Assembly (NCBI GenBank): GCA_049314655.1
Contig: JBMOEQ010000001.1
Location: forward strand, 1 to 56,090
Source of the DNA: Ferruginibacter sp.
GTDB taxonomy: Bacteria > Bacteroidota > Bacteroidia > Chitinophagales > Chitinophagaceae
Length of the DNA: 56,090 nucleotides
Direction of reading: 5' to 3'
Notes under the pieces: model-generated
The model's database searches: none
The model's input: the letters and a program-made list of their open reading frames with translations, nothing else
Told to the model about the DNA's origin: nothing
Shown: one piece after another, positions 20,335 to 29,620 of the stretch
How positions within the stretch are numbered: position 1 is the first letter of the stretch
How the letters are laid out: every line of letters begins with the position of its first letter
Position numbers and translations under genes: made by a program

Positions 20335-20518
20335 AAAATTGATTATAGTTTTTCAGAATGCTTATACCATACCTGTAATACAATTAAACGCTATTGAATA
20401 TTCTTATATATTACTTTTATTTTAGTATAAATCAACTTATATATTCCTAACTTGCACTTCAATTTATATCGGACTAACAATACACTACTATTTTAATTTA
20501 TGCAATACGCTTACTAAT

Positions 20519-21973
20519 ATGGAAAGTCTTAAACAACTACAACACGATTTGCAAGTGCTTGAAAAGAAAATAACCAATGCAACTGTAATTCATAAAAAGA
20601 CAATTTCTAAGCTACATGAATTGCAACAAAAAAGCGCATCTAATTTAATCCAATATTTAGCTTTAAGAAATGAAGACATTCGTTTATTGCAAGACAATTT
20701 GCATCAAGCAGGTTTATCTAGTTTGGCCAGTTCAGAAAGTCATATATTAAAGCAAGTTCAATCTATACGGCAAAGACTAGGCGCCACAATAAAAGAAAAG
20801 GAATTATCAAGTTTTGATTTTTATAGTGCTCAAAACCAATTAAACAGGGTTACGACTGACTTATTTGGATTTAAAAAAGATCATTCTATTCCGCATATAA
20901 TGGTTACGCTTGATACTTCTTTTGAACACAACTTACCCATTATTAAAAAATTAATTGAAGCAGGCATGAATGTAGCACGCATTAATTGTGCTCATGGTGA
21001 TGAAAAGAGCTGGCTATTATTAATTGAAGCGGTGCGCAATGCTGTAGAAAAAAGTGGGCGCCCTTGCAAAATATACATGGATATTGCAGGCCCCAAAATG
21101 CGTGTTGATTTACCCGGAAAAGGAAAGGAAAAAGGTACTCTACAAGTAAAATTAGGAATGGAAATTTTATTGGTTGAAACTGGTGAAGAAGTAACAGATG
21201 ATGAAAATGCAATAGCCTGTTATGAAACCGGTGTATTCTTAAACCTGAAAGCCGGTGAAAGAATAATAATAGATGATGGAAAATTTGAAGGAATAGTAAT
21301 CAAAAAGAATGACAAGACTTTTTTAAAAATAACTCGAATTTCTTCAAAAAAGCCTTTTATAAAAAAGGAAAAAGGAATAAATCTACCTGATACTCATATA
21401 GACCTACCTGCACTTACCAAATCTGATTTAAAAAATATTCCCTTTATTGCCAAATATGCAAATTTAGTTGGATGTAGTTTTTTACGAAACACAAATGACC
21501 TAAAGCATGTTAGAAAAATATTCAATAAATTTAAAGTAAAGCCAAAGCTAATTCTCAAGATAGAAACGCCAGATGCAGTTATTAATTTACCATCATTATT
21601 ACTTGAAGCCATGAAAGAAGAATCATATGGCGTAATGATTGCAAGAGGAGACCTCGCTGTTGAAATTGGTTTTGAAAGATTAAGTGAAATTCAAGATGAA
21701 ATTTTATGGATATGTGAAGCTGCTCATGCACCAGTGATTTGGGCAACTCAAGTACTCGAATCTTTTAGCAAATCGGGCATTGCTACACGCGGCGAAGTTA
21801 CAGATGCTGCTCATGCCGCTAAAGCAGAATGTGTAATGCTTAATAAAGGCGATTACATTGTAGATACTATAAAGCTTTTGAAGAAAATTCTAAACAAAAG
21901 TGGTGGACATCGGCAAAAAAAACGGTACAGTATGCGTCCTTTAAATATTGCAACACATTTTTTTAATCAATAA
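20519..21973 (+). CDS. pyk: Pyruvate kinase, atypical architecture (N-terminal helical extension, no C-terminal allosteric domain)
   Basis: GMNVARINCAH, MDIAGPKMR, KGINLP, LKIET, MIARGDLAVE, WATQVLES, TRGEVTD, ECVMLN. Confidence 0.9.
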   Translation: MESLKQLQHDLQVLEKKITNATVIHKKTISKLHELQQKSASNLIQYLALRNEDIRLLQDNLHQAGLSSLASSESHILKQVQSIRQRLGATIKEKELSSFDFYSAQNQLNRVTTDLFGFKKDHSIPHIMVTLDTSFEHNLPIIKKLIEAGMNVARINCAHGDEKSWLLLIEAVRNAVEKSGRPCKIYMDIAGPKMRVDLPGKGKEKGTLQVKLGMEILLVETGEEVTDDENAIACYETGVFLNLKAGERIIIDDGKFEGIVIKKNDKTFLKITRISSKKPFIKKEKGINLPDTHIDLPALTKSDLKNIPFIAKYANLVGCSFLRNTNDLKHVRKIFNKFKVKPKLILKIETPDAVINLPSLLLEAMKEESYGVMIARGDLAVEIGFERLSEIQDEILWICEAAHAPVIWATQVLESFSKSGIATRGEVTDAAHAAKAECVMLNKGDYIVDTIKLLKKILNKSGGHRQKKRYSMRPLNIATHFFNQ

Positions 21974-22057
21974 TAAGCCAATATAACTTTAGCAATTGTA
22001 ATTTACCAATATTATATTGACATTAGTTGGCATTCCATTTTCAACAAGTAACATTAC

Positions 22058-22096
22058 ATATCTTTCAGATTGACTAACTGTCAATCTGAAAGATAT
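22058..22096. repeat. Perfect 17-bp inverted repeat (hairpin), possible terminator of pyk
   Basis: atatctttcagattgac-taact-gtcaatctgaaagatat. Confidence 0.85.
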
Positions 22097-22242
22097 AATA
22101 CATTTACTATGCTTTAAAGTCATACAGAATTAAATTGATCAATTACTTTATACTTATAAAGTACCTAAAAATTATATATGAGCTGCCATTTTAATTAATG
22201 CTCATTTCAATAAATTTATAGCACAGTTTTCTGACTTTGAAA

Positions 22243-22467
22243 ATGCAAGTGTACCAAAACCTAAAAAATATTGTATCTACAATTCTGGCAATTTGTATTG
22301 TTACCATACTACCTCATCTAGTAAATTTTCCATTTCCATTTGGTTAAGTAATTCCAATCATCTTTTTTATTGGCCTGTACTTGAAACTTAATAAAGATAA
22401 CTTCTCGACATTAGGGTTCAACTTCAAGGCTTTTACTTCCAACAGCAATACGAATTGGCTTCAATAA
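22243..22467 (+). pseudogene. Membrane-protein gene relic (resembles the N-terminus of CPBP/CAAX intramembrane proteases)
   Basis: MQVYQNLKNIVSTILAICIVTILPHLVNFPFPFG*VIPIIFFIGLYLKLNKDNFSTLGFNFK with in-frame TAA at 22345-22347. Family call is from recall; the catalytic part is absent. Confidence 0.5.
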
Positions 22468-22590
22468 TTTTACTGAAGCATTCAAACCAAAATAAAACCA
22501 ATCTGCCAAAATTGAATATTCATTTATATTTTGGCAAGAAATTAAATTTTTTTTAACTCACTTCATTGGCTGAATTGAATAATCGTTAAT

Positions 22591-22630
22591 TTTCTTAACA
22601 CTAAATTTCAAAATTAATTCTTTAAATTTA
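22591..22630 (+). repeat. 40-bp intergenic core motif, copy 8
   Basis: tttcttaacactaaatttcaaaattaattctttaaattta. Confidence 0.82.
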
Positions 22631-22763
22631 TTTCCTAATTAAAGGAAAACGGAATACATATTCCTAAGCTTAATTTCACAGATAAGATAATTTTAGGCCG
22701 ATATCTTAAAAAATATCGGCATGTTAATAAGAAAATAATTAATAGCTATTTTATATTATTAGT

Positions 22764-23624
22764 ATGAAAAATCTCCTTCTTTTGCTAATAGTGATATTGT
22801 GCCAAAATATGTACTCATTTTCACAAACAAATCAAGCGCAAAATCAAAAAAAATATTTAACACGCTTAAAAGGCAGTTGGACTTTATCAGATTGGCGTGA
22901 TCGTGATAAAAAATACAGAGATGAGGATGGTTACTTTATTTTTTCAGACAATAATATAGTAACAGCTATATATAGGAATGACACTATAAGAGGTTCATTC
23001 GTTTACAATGCTCAGAAAAATCCTCATTGGATAGATTTTAAGTGGAAATCTAACACAGGGAAAATAACTCAAACACATGGGATTATTAAATGGCAAGATG
23101 ATGTAACTGCTAGATTAAATTTGGTTCAAAAAAATGTATTACGTCCAACCAAATTTGTTGATGATCCTGATCTTGACAAATCTGGTATTCTTAGAAAACA
23201 AGGAAACACTTCTGGTAATTCAAACAATAGCTTATTGAAAGAAAACCTAATTAAAGGCAAATGGGATATTACGCTTTTATATGAAGCCGATAAATATAAA
23301 TCTGGCAAAAAATATCAAACTTATACCTTTCATGAAGATAATAGGTATATTTTGTCAGGCACAGGCTTTATTCCAGGAACATCGGGTGGTGGTCGTTACG
23401 AATTGAATACAGATAAGTTTCCATATTGGATAGATTTTTATCCAGATGAAGGGGCCAAAACTATGGGTTTAATACAAGAGTACTTGAATGGCTATAAACT
23501 CCAAATTTTCAATAAACATTTTGAAGATGGCCACCCAATTAGATTCTACGACGTTGAATATAATGACCCAAGTATTATTAATTTCAACTCCAACTTTTTA
23601 TACATCGAACGCTCTTCAAATTGA
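22764..23624 (+). CDS. Secreted protein with two tandem lipocalin-like (TIGR03067-like) domains
   Basis: Signal peptide; internal duplication LKGSW..KNPHWIDF..GII and IKGKW..KFPYWIDF..GLI. Confidence 0.6.
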   Translation: MKNLLLLLIVILCQNMYSFSQTNQAQNQKKYLTRLKGSWTLSDWRDRDKKYRDEDGYFIFSDNNIVTAIYRNDTIRGSFVYNAQKNPHWIDFKWKSNTGKITQTHGIIKWQDDVTARLNLVQKNVLRPTKFVDDPDLDKSGILRKQGNTSGNSNNSLLKENLIKGKWDITLLYEADKYKSGKKYQTYTFHEDNRYILSGTGFIPGTSGGGRYELNTDKFPYWIDFYPDEGAKTMGLIQEYLNGYKLQIFNKHFEDGHPIRFYDVEYNDPSIINFNSNFLYIERSSN

Positions 23625-23657
23625 AATAATAAATAACACAACTATAAGTACTGCAAA

Positions 23658-24341
23658 ATGAAAAAAGAATTTTTTATTGTAAGCGCTGTTATACTCGTTT
23701 GCTTTACACATATTTCTTGGACTATAAGTAACCGGGATTTAAAAGAAAAAAAATATTGGGCAGAAGTAAGAATTGGCAATCAAACTTGGATGGCAGAAAA
23801 CTTAAATGTTTGTACTTTCCGAAATGGGGATACCATTCAAGAAGCTAAAACTTTAAATGAATGGAGATCAGCTGCAAAAAAGAAAATACCTGCATGGTGT
23901 TATTTCAATAACGATAGCAGTAATGGATTAAAACATGGGAAGATGTATAATTTTTATCCAGTAAATGATTCAAGAGGATTAGCACCAATCAATTGGCGAA
24001 TACCAAGTGGAGAAGATTGGAAACAACTGTCCAATTATTTAGGGGGTAAATTAATTGCTGGCGGCAAAATGAAAAGCACGAGCGGTTGGCACGCAAATGG
24101 CAATGGAACAAATTCAAGTGGCTTTAACGGTTATGCCAGTGGTTCACGAGAGCTTGCAATGATTACTAAAAATGAAGGATTTTTAAGCCTAGGTAGTATT
24201 AGTTATTGGTGGAGTAGCACAAAAGATAAAAGAACAAATGAAGTTTTAGTTTTTTCAGTAAGTTGGAATAATAATAAACTATTGCCTATTTGGGATACTT
24301 TTAGTTCTGATGGTTATGCTGTTCGCTGTATCAAAAATTGA
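23658..24341 (+). CDS. Fibrobacter succinogenes major paralogous (FISUMP) domain protein
   Basis: VRIGNQTWMAENL, FRNGD.I, PAWCYFNND, LAP..WRIPS..DW, NSSGF, YWWSST, GYAVRCIK. Confidence 0.92.
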   Translation: MKKEFFIVSAVILVCFTHISWTISNRDLKEKKYWAEVRIGNQTWMAENLNVCTFRNGDTIQEAKTLNEWRSAAKKKIPAWCYFNNDSSNGLKHGKMYNFYPVNDSRGLAPINWRIPSGEDWKQLSNYLGGKLIAGGKMKSTSGWHANGNGTNSSGFNGYASGSRELAMITKNEGFLSLGSISYWWSSTKDKRTNEVLVFSVSWNNNKLLPIWDTFSSDGYAVRCIKN

Positions 24342-24655
24342 AATTGAACAAAACAATTTTTAATTGTCTAAATACGCATTTATTTGCACAGATGAAATTG
24401 AAATAATCTATCAAAACGCTAACACAGGCTTAACTAGAAAAAAGTCCTATAGACATTGTAGTTGAATTTGACTAAACTATACTCCTTGATCTTGATTTCG
24501 TTAATTTGAAATTAAAGCAAGAAGATAAACTTCATTAGAAAGTTAATCTTTTATCAAGTAATTTAATTACAATACATATCCCAATGTTTGGCTATTGTTG
24601 TTTCACTTCGATTAAATTTATCCTACAACCTCCGTTTTAAAAAAAATGAAATAAT

Positions 24656-25186
24656 ATGTGTAGATATGCTATTCCATATAAACCGCATTATGCTTGTTTT
24701 AAATGCAGAAAAACATTTAAACGCAGGTTGATGTCGGACATTGTACGAGGATCAAGAACGATATTTGAAGCAAAGTGTCCGGAATGTGGAGGATTGATGG
24801 CGAGCATGGGACTAGATTTTGAATCGCCCAAAAAAACGGATACTAAAGCGTGGACACATATGGAAAGACTTTATTCAGTAGGTGTAACATTTCATTCTTG
24901 TGGTTGTACCGGGCCGGGTTATATCCCTAGTTCAAAAGAAAAACTGATTGAGTATTTTGAAAAAATCATTTGTATTTATCAATCCAACTTAGCATTCTGG
25001 CGCCAAAGAACCGAACCCTCAACAGAAAGAGAATTACAAAGAGAAAAAAGTAAGTATTGGAAATTTTTAAGTAAAATACCACAAACGATAACCCCCAAAA
25101 AAGGTGCAATTGCAACAGATGACGCAAAAAAATATTGGCTTGATAAAATAAAACAAGTGGAAGAAAAAATATTATCTATTCAATAA
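24656..25186 (+). CDS. Hypothetical Cys-rich (zinc-ribbon-like) protein
   Basis: YACFKCRKTF, KCPECG, MGLDF, FHSCGCTGPGYIP. Confidence 0.75.
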   Translation: MCRYAIPYKPHYACFKCRKTFKRRLMSDIVRGSRTIFEAKCPECGGLMASMGLDFESPKKTDTKAWTHMERLYSVGVTFHSCGCTGPGYIPSSKEKLIEYFEKIICIYQSNLAFWRQRTEPSTERELQREKSKYWKFLSKIPQTITPKKGAIATDDAKKYWLDKIKQVEEKILSIQ

Positions 25187-25248
25187 GCACTTTCAAATTC
25201 TTTTGTATTCTTCATCTGCTATTAATGCATTATTAAAATTAGCTACAA

Positions 25249-28200
25249 TCAACTTTGCGCATTATTAGCTCTCCATTCTTGTGGTGTTAAACCGGTTTCT
25301 TGTTTAAATACCCTTGCAAAATAACCGGCATCATTGTACCCACAATCCAATGCAATCGTTGCAATGCTTATTGTAGGATTGGTTAATAATTCCTTGGCTT
25401 TGTTGAGGCGAACAGTTCTAATAAATTTATTGGGAGAACAACCCGTTAGTGCATCTAACTTTCTATGCAATTGAGAATGACTCATGAAAATCAATTTACA
25501 CAACTGCTCTACATTAAATTCGTAATTCGTAAAATTATCTTCTACAATTGATTTCACCTTTATAACAAAAGCATTTTCAATAGTAGCAGATGAAACGGGT
25601 TCAACTTGTGTTGTTATAGAATTGTTTACAACATCCGCAATACCAATTTGATTACTATAGTACTGTTGTAAATGTTTGCGGTTTTCTAATAATTTTTTTA
25701 TTCGAAGCAAAAGCTCTTCTTTATGAAAGGGCTTTTCTAAATAAACATCGGCGCCTGTTTCAATACCTTGTAATTTACTTTGCATATCGGCCTTAGCAGT
25801 AAGCATAATAATGGGGATATGACTGGTACGTACATCCAATTTCAATTGCCTACACATTTCAAAACCATCCACAAAAGGCATCATTACATCTGTTATAATT
25901 AAATCGGGTACTATATTCACGGCTATATCAAAACCCTCTCTACCATCTTTACCAACAGAAAGTTTATACTCGGGTAAACAACTAGCCGTGTATGCAACTA
26001 CATCGGCATTGTCTTCTACCAATAAAACCAATGGCATCTCACTTGCAGCACTTGTAGATTCAATAGTAGGTTGAAGCAAATTGCGTTCAGCTAACCGCAG
26101 TGTTTTGCTATCACTATATGTTGTAATAGGAATAGTGATTTCTTCTACCTTATTGGCAAGATTCAATGGAATACTGATGATAAACTCGGTTCCTTTAACA
26201 GCACCAATAGGTGGACTTTTAACTTCAATAGTACCATTCATAAGCTTTACCAATTCTTTGGTAAGTGCTAGGCCAATCCCTGTACCGCCGGTTTTACGCG
26301 TATGGCTGTTATCTAATTGGTAAAATCTTTCAAATATATGCTGCAGTTGATTTTCGGGAATGCCAATACCGGTATCTTTTACTTTTAAGATTAAAGCTGT
26401 TTGTTGATCATTATCAGTATTTTCTTGTGAAACACTAACATACACATTGCCTTGTGCTGAAGTAAATTTTAATGCATTTGAAAATAGATTGGTAATAATT
26501 TGTCTTATTTTTTCTGCATCAAAGGCAACCACCAATTCATCTATATCAGATAAAAAATGAAATTGTTTTTGCTGACTAGCCGCTAATGACTGAAACGACT
26601 CAACAATATACCTTAGGAATGCAATAACATCTGCATGGACTAGATGCAAAGGCATTTTTCCATCTTCTAATTTAGACAAGTCGAGCATTTCATTCACCAA
26701 ATTCAATAAATTTTCGCCGTTACGAATAATCATATCTACACCACTGTTTAGGTGTTTCTCCGGATCGTTTTTAACTTGATTCGACATGCCTAAAATTACC
26801 GTGAGCGGGGTTCTAAATTCATGCGTAATATTGGCATACAATTGCGTTTTGATGGTATCCAATTCTTTAATACGTTTGGCCTCTTGTTGTTCGAAATTCA
26901 ATTGAGATTTTAGTTTTTCGCGATTAATGGTAAACTTAAAATATGCTCTAACGGATAAAACAATCAAAAGCAGATAAATTAAATAAGCCCACCAAGTACG
27001 CCACCAAGGAGGTAAAACAATTATTTTAAGTTCGGTTATTGCAGCATTCCAAATACCCAAACTATTGCTGCCCTGCACTTTAAAAATATAAGTACCCGAT
27101 TGCAGTTTACTATAGGTTACATTGCGCCTGTTTCCACTCTCTACCCAATCTTTGTCGATACCAACCAATTGATACCTGTACATATTTTGATCGGGCGCTC
27201 TAAAATCGAGTGTTGAAAATTCTAACGTAATAACATCTTGAGTATAGCTTAATTGTATCGTATTGGTAGATTCAATTGAAGCAGATAAAATTCCACTGGC
27301 ATCATCAACGTGAACAGGTTTATTACCAATAAGTATATTTGTAATAAAAGTTTTAGCAACAAAACTATCAATCAAAATTTCTTTAGGATTAAAAATATTT
27401 AGTCCGTTTACGCCACCAAATGCCAATAATCCATTCGATAGTTTTGCAAATGCACTTGTATTAAACTCGTTATCCTGCAGCCCTGTAGCTTTTGTAAAAT
27501 GCCTAAACTGCCAATTGCTTTGCGCATCTTTTTTATTATTCAACAAACAAAAAATTCCATTATTGGTACTACCCCAAATATTGCCTGCATCATCAGAAAG
27601 TATTCCATAAACCACATTATTACACAACCCTTCGAGTGTAGTAATATGCGTGAATGTGTTCGTTACTTTATCAAGTCGGTTAAGTCCGCCTCCTTTTGTT
27701 GCAACCCATAAAATGTTTTTATCCAAGGGATCATCCAAAATACTGGAAACTAATCCATAATTCATTGCCGATTTTTCGTTCGAATTATTTTTATACCAAA
27801 TGACTATAGGTGCTACTTTACTATTGCTGTTAAAAAAAATCTTAGCCAATCCTCTTTCTGTACCTGCCCAAAATACCCCACTATTATCTTCATATAATGC
27901 TGTAATGGTTACTCCATTAATATTTTTTGCTATTTCATTTGTATGTAGAGCAATCTCTTTAAACAAACCAGATTTAGGGTCAAGCACAAGCATGTATCCG
28001 CCAACACCTTTTAACCAAATATTACCGTTATGATCTTCTAATTTTATATCATTTAATTCATGTATTTTATCAACCTCAATATTGTATGTTTTTTTAGATT
28101 GGGTTACAGGATCGTAATTGATAATAATTTCGCCTTTCACATTTGGCAAATTTTTCTTTTCTGATTGAAGCATCCAAATGGTATTATTCCGGGCAATAAA

Positions 28201-29385
28201 AACACTTTCATGTCTACCTAATTTTATATCGGCCTCAGTGGTAATAACATTTCCTTCAACATCAATTTTGTTAATTGTGCCAATATCAAAATAATAGAGT
28301 TGATTTTCGAAAGGAATTATTTTAAGCACACTGGCCCCTACAGCATAATGATGAAATTTATCAACGCCACTAATGTATTTCCTTACACCATAGCCATTGG
28401 TTCCTACCCATATTGAGCCCGACTTGTCTTTATAAAATTTAGAGGGTGTAATATCTGAATAGCTAGCAATGCGCACCTGATTTGGATCGAGTGGATGTCC
28501 CCTTTGCCAATTTCTGGTGTCATAAATTTCCATACGTCCCGAATCGGTAATGCCTACCCAAAATCTTTGCTTATCCTTTTCATGTAGAAAAAAACAACCG
28601 TGCTTTTTAACAATATCCTTGGTGAAAATGGGATAAAGAACAGTATCTTCTATTTCGCTGAAATAAGTATCATTGGTACCTAAACTGCCATCCGTATTTA
28701 AATGGGATACAACAAAGTAGGCATTTTTCTTTCTTAAAACCACCGATAAATCTTGAGGAATAAATTCATATAATTCTTGACCAGTAATTACAATCCATAC
28801 CCTACCCTTGCTGTCTTTATAAACATTTTCGATATTCTTTCCCTCCAATACATTTAAACGTAAAATTTTTGCCGGCTTATCATCTTCAAGAAAATCTTCG
28901 GGTATCGTAATTACATTAAAGCTGTGTTGATTGGTACTTACTAAAAATCTACCGTCGGGTAATTCAATAATCGGCAATTGTACTTTTGCTCCGGCAAGAC
29001 TATTGGTATTATTGGGATCGTATAAAATCCTTTTAAAATGATCTTTCTTCTTATCATAAATATTTAAGCCGTCATTTGTTCCAACCCACAAACGATGTTT
29101 ACTGTCTTCAAAAAGCCGCTTTACAGAATTGTTGCTTAAAGAATGTTCGTCGTAACTATTGAAAGTGTATACTTTAAATTTATAGCCATCAAAACGATTC
29201 AGTCCATCTTTGGTACCCAACCACATGAAACCATCCTTATCCTGCAGCATATCATAAATATACCCTTGCGATAGTCCATTAGAAGTATTCAATAAATCGT
29301 ACTTCAGTTGACTCGATGCCGACATTTGAATACAAAGAAGCAAAACAACGATAAAGCAACAGGACATTCTGCGATTTACTTGCAT
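25249..29385 (-). CDS. Hybrid two-component system (HTCS) sensor kinase/response regulator
   Basis: Reg_prop repeats (QDKDGFMWLGTKDGLNRFDG), Y_Y_Y domain, TM helix, HisKA (ITHEFRTPL), HATPase (NLFSNALKFT, DTGIGI, GTGIGL), receiver (LLVEDN, DVMMP) and AraC HTH. Confidence 0.97.
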   Translation of the reverse strand: MQVNRRMSCCFIVVLLLCIQMSASSQLKYDLLNTSNGLSQGYIYDMLQDKDGFMWLGTKDGLNRFDGYKFKVYTFNSYDEHSLSNNSVKRLFEDSKHRLWVGTNDGLNIYDKKKDHFKRILYDPNNTNSLAGAKVQLPIIELPDGRFLVSTNQHSFNVITIPEDFLEDDKPAKILRLNVLEGKNIENVYKDSKGRVWIVITGQELYEFIPQDLSVVLRKKNAYFVVSHLNTDGSLGTNDTYFSEIEDTVLYPIFTKDIVKKHGCFFLHEKDKQRFWVGITDSGRMEIYDTRNWQRGHPLDPNQVRIASYSDITPSKFYKDKSGSIWVGTNGYGVRKYISGVDKFHHYAVGASVLKIIPFENQLYYFDIGTINKIDVEGNVITTEADIKLGRHESVFIARNNTIWMLQSEKKNLPNVKGEIIINYDPVTQSKKTYNIEVDKIHELNDIKLEDHNGNIWLKGVGGYMLVLDPKSGLFKEIALHTNEIAKNINGVTITALYEDNSGVFWAGTERGLAKIFFNSNSKVAPIVIWYKNNSNEKSAMNYGLVSSILDDPLDKNILWVATKGGGLNRLDKVTNTFTHITTLEGLCNNVVYGILSDDAGNIWGSTNNGIFCLLNNKKDAQSNWQFRHFTKATGLQDNEFNTSAFAKLSNGLLAFGGVNGLNIFNPKEILIDSFVAKTFITNILIGNKPVHVDDASGILSASIESTNTIQLSYTQDVITLEFSTLDFRAPDQNMYRYQLVGIDKDWVESGNRRNVTYSKLQSGTYIFKVQGSNSLGIWNAAITELKIIVLPPWWRTWWAYLIYLLLIVLSVRAYFKFTINREKLKSQLNFEQQEAKRIKELDTIKTQLYANITHEFRTPLTVILGMSNQVKNDPEKHLNSGVDMIIRNGENLLNLVNEMLDLSKLEDGKMPLHLVHADVIAFLRYIVESFQSLAASQQKQFHFLSDIDELVVAFDAEKIRQIITNLFSNALKFTSAQGNVYVSVSQENTDNDQQTALILKVKDTGIGIPENQLQHIFERFYQLDNSHTRKTGGTGIGLALTKELVKLMNGTIEVKSPPIGAVKGTEFIISIPLNLANKVEEITIPITTYSDSKTLRLAERNLLQPTIESTSAASEMPLVLLVEDNADVVAYTASCLPEYKLSVGKDGREGFDIAVNIVPDLIITDVMMPFVDGFEMCRQLKLDVRTSHIPIIMLTAKADMQSKLQGIETGADVYLEKPFHKEELLLRIKKLLENRKHLQQYYSNQIGIADVVNNSITTQVEPVSSATIENAFVIKVKSIVEDNFTNYEFNVEQLCKLIFMSHSQLHRKLDALTGCSPNKFIRTVRLNKAKELLTNPTISIATIALDCGYNDAGYFARVFKQETGLTPQEWRANNAQS

Positions 29386-29467
29386 ATGCTTATAAAGATA
29401 ATAGCATTATACTTTTTTAAAAATTTTGACAGTTAAGAAAATAGATACGCAAGGGTAAAATGATGAA

Positions 29468-29501
29468 TTTATCCTGTTGTTGCACAGTTTATCCTGTTGT
29501 T
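29468..29501. promoter_or_regulatory. Tandem 14-bp direct repeat TTTATCCTGTTGTT (20-bp period), candidate HTCS/AraC operator
   Basis: Exact copies at 29468-29481 and 29488-29501, in the divergent intergenic region. Confidence 0.65.
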
Positions 29502-29620
29502 TGGTGAAAAAATGCACTTTAAAGGTGGATTGTTACATACAGCGCAATCAGTTTCGGTAGAGATTTGTACTACACCATAAATGGTACATCTATCTAAATC
29601 TCAACTAAAAAAAACGAACA

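Noticed and set aside
9455-22630. CRISPR array interpretation of the 40-bp repeats
   Set aside because: The copies are degenerate and separated by 0.7-3.2 kb containing whole genes; no cas genes in the window.
9455-22630. XerC/D dif or pdif module interpretation
   Set aside because: No 11-6-11 layout or TTATGTTAAAT-like XerD arm; all copies have the same orientation.
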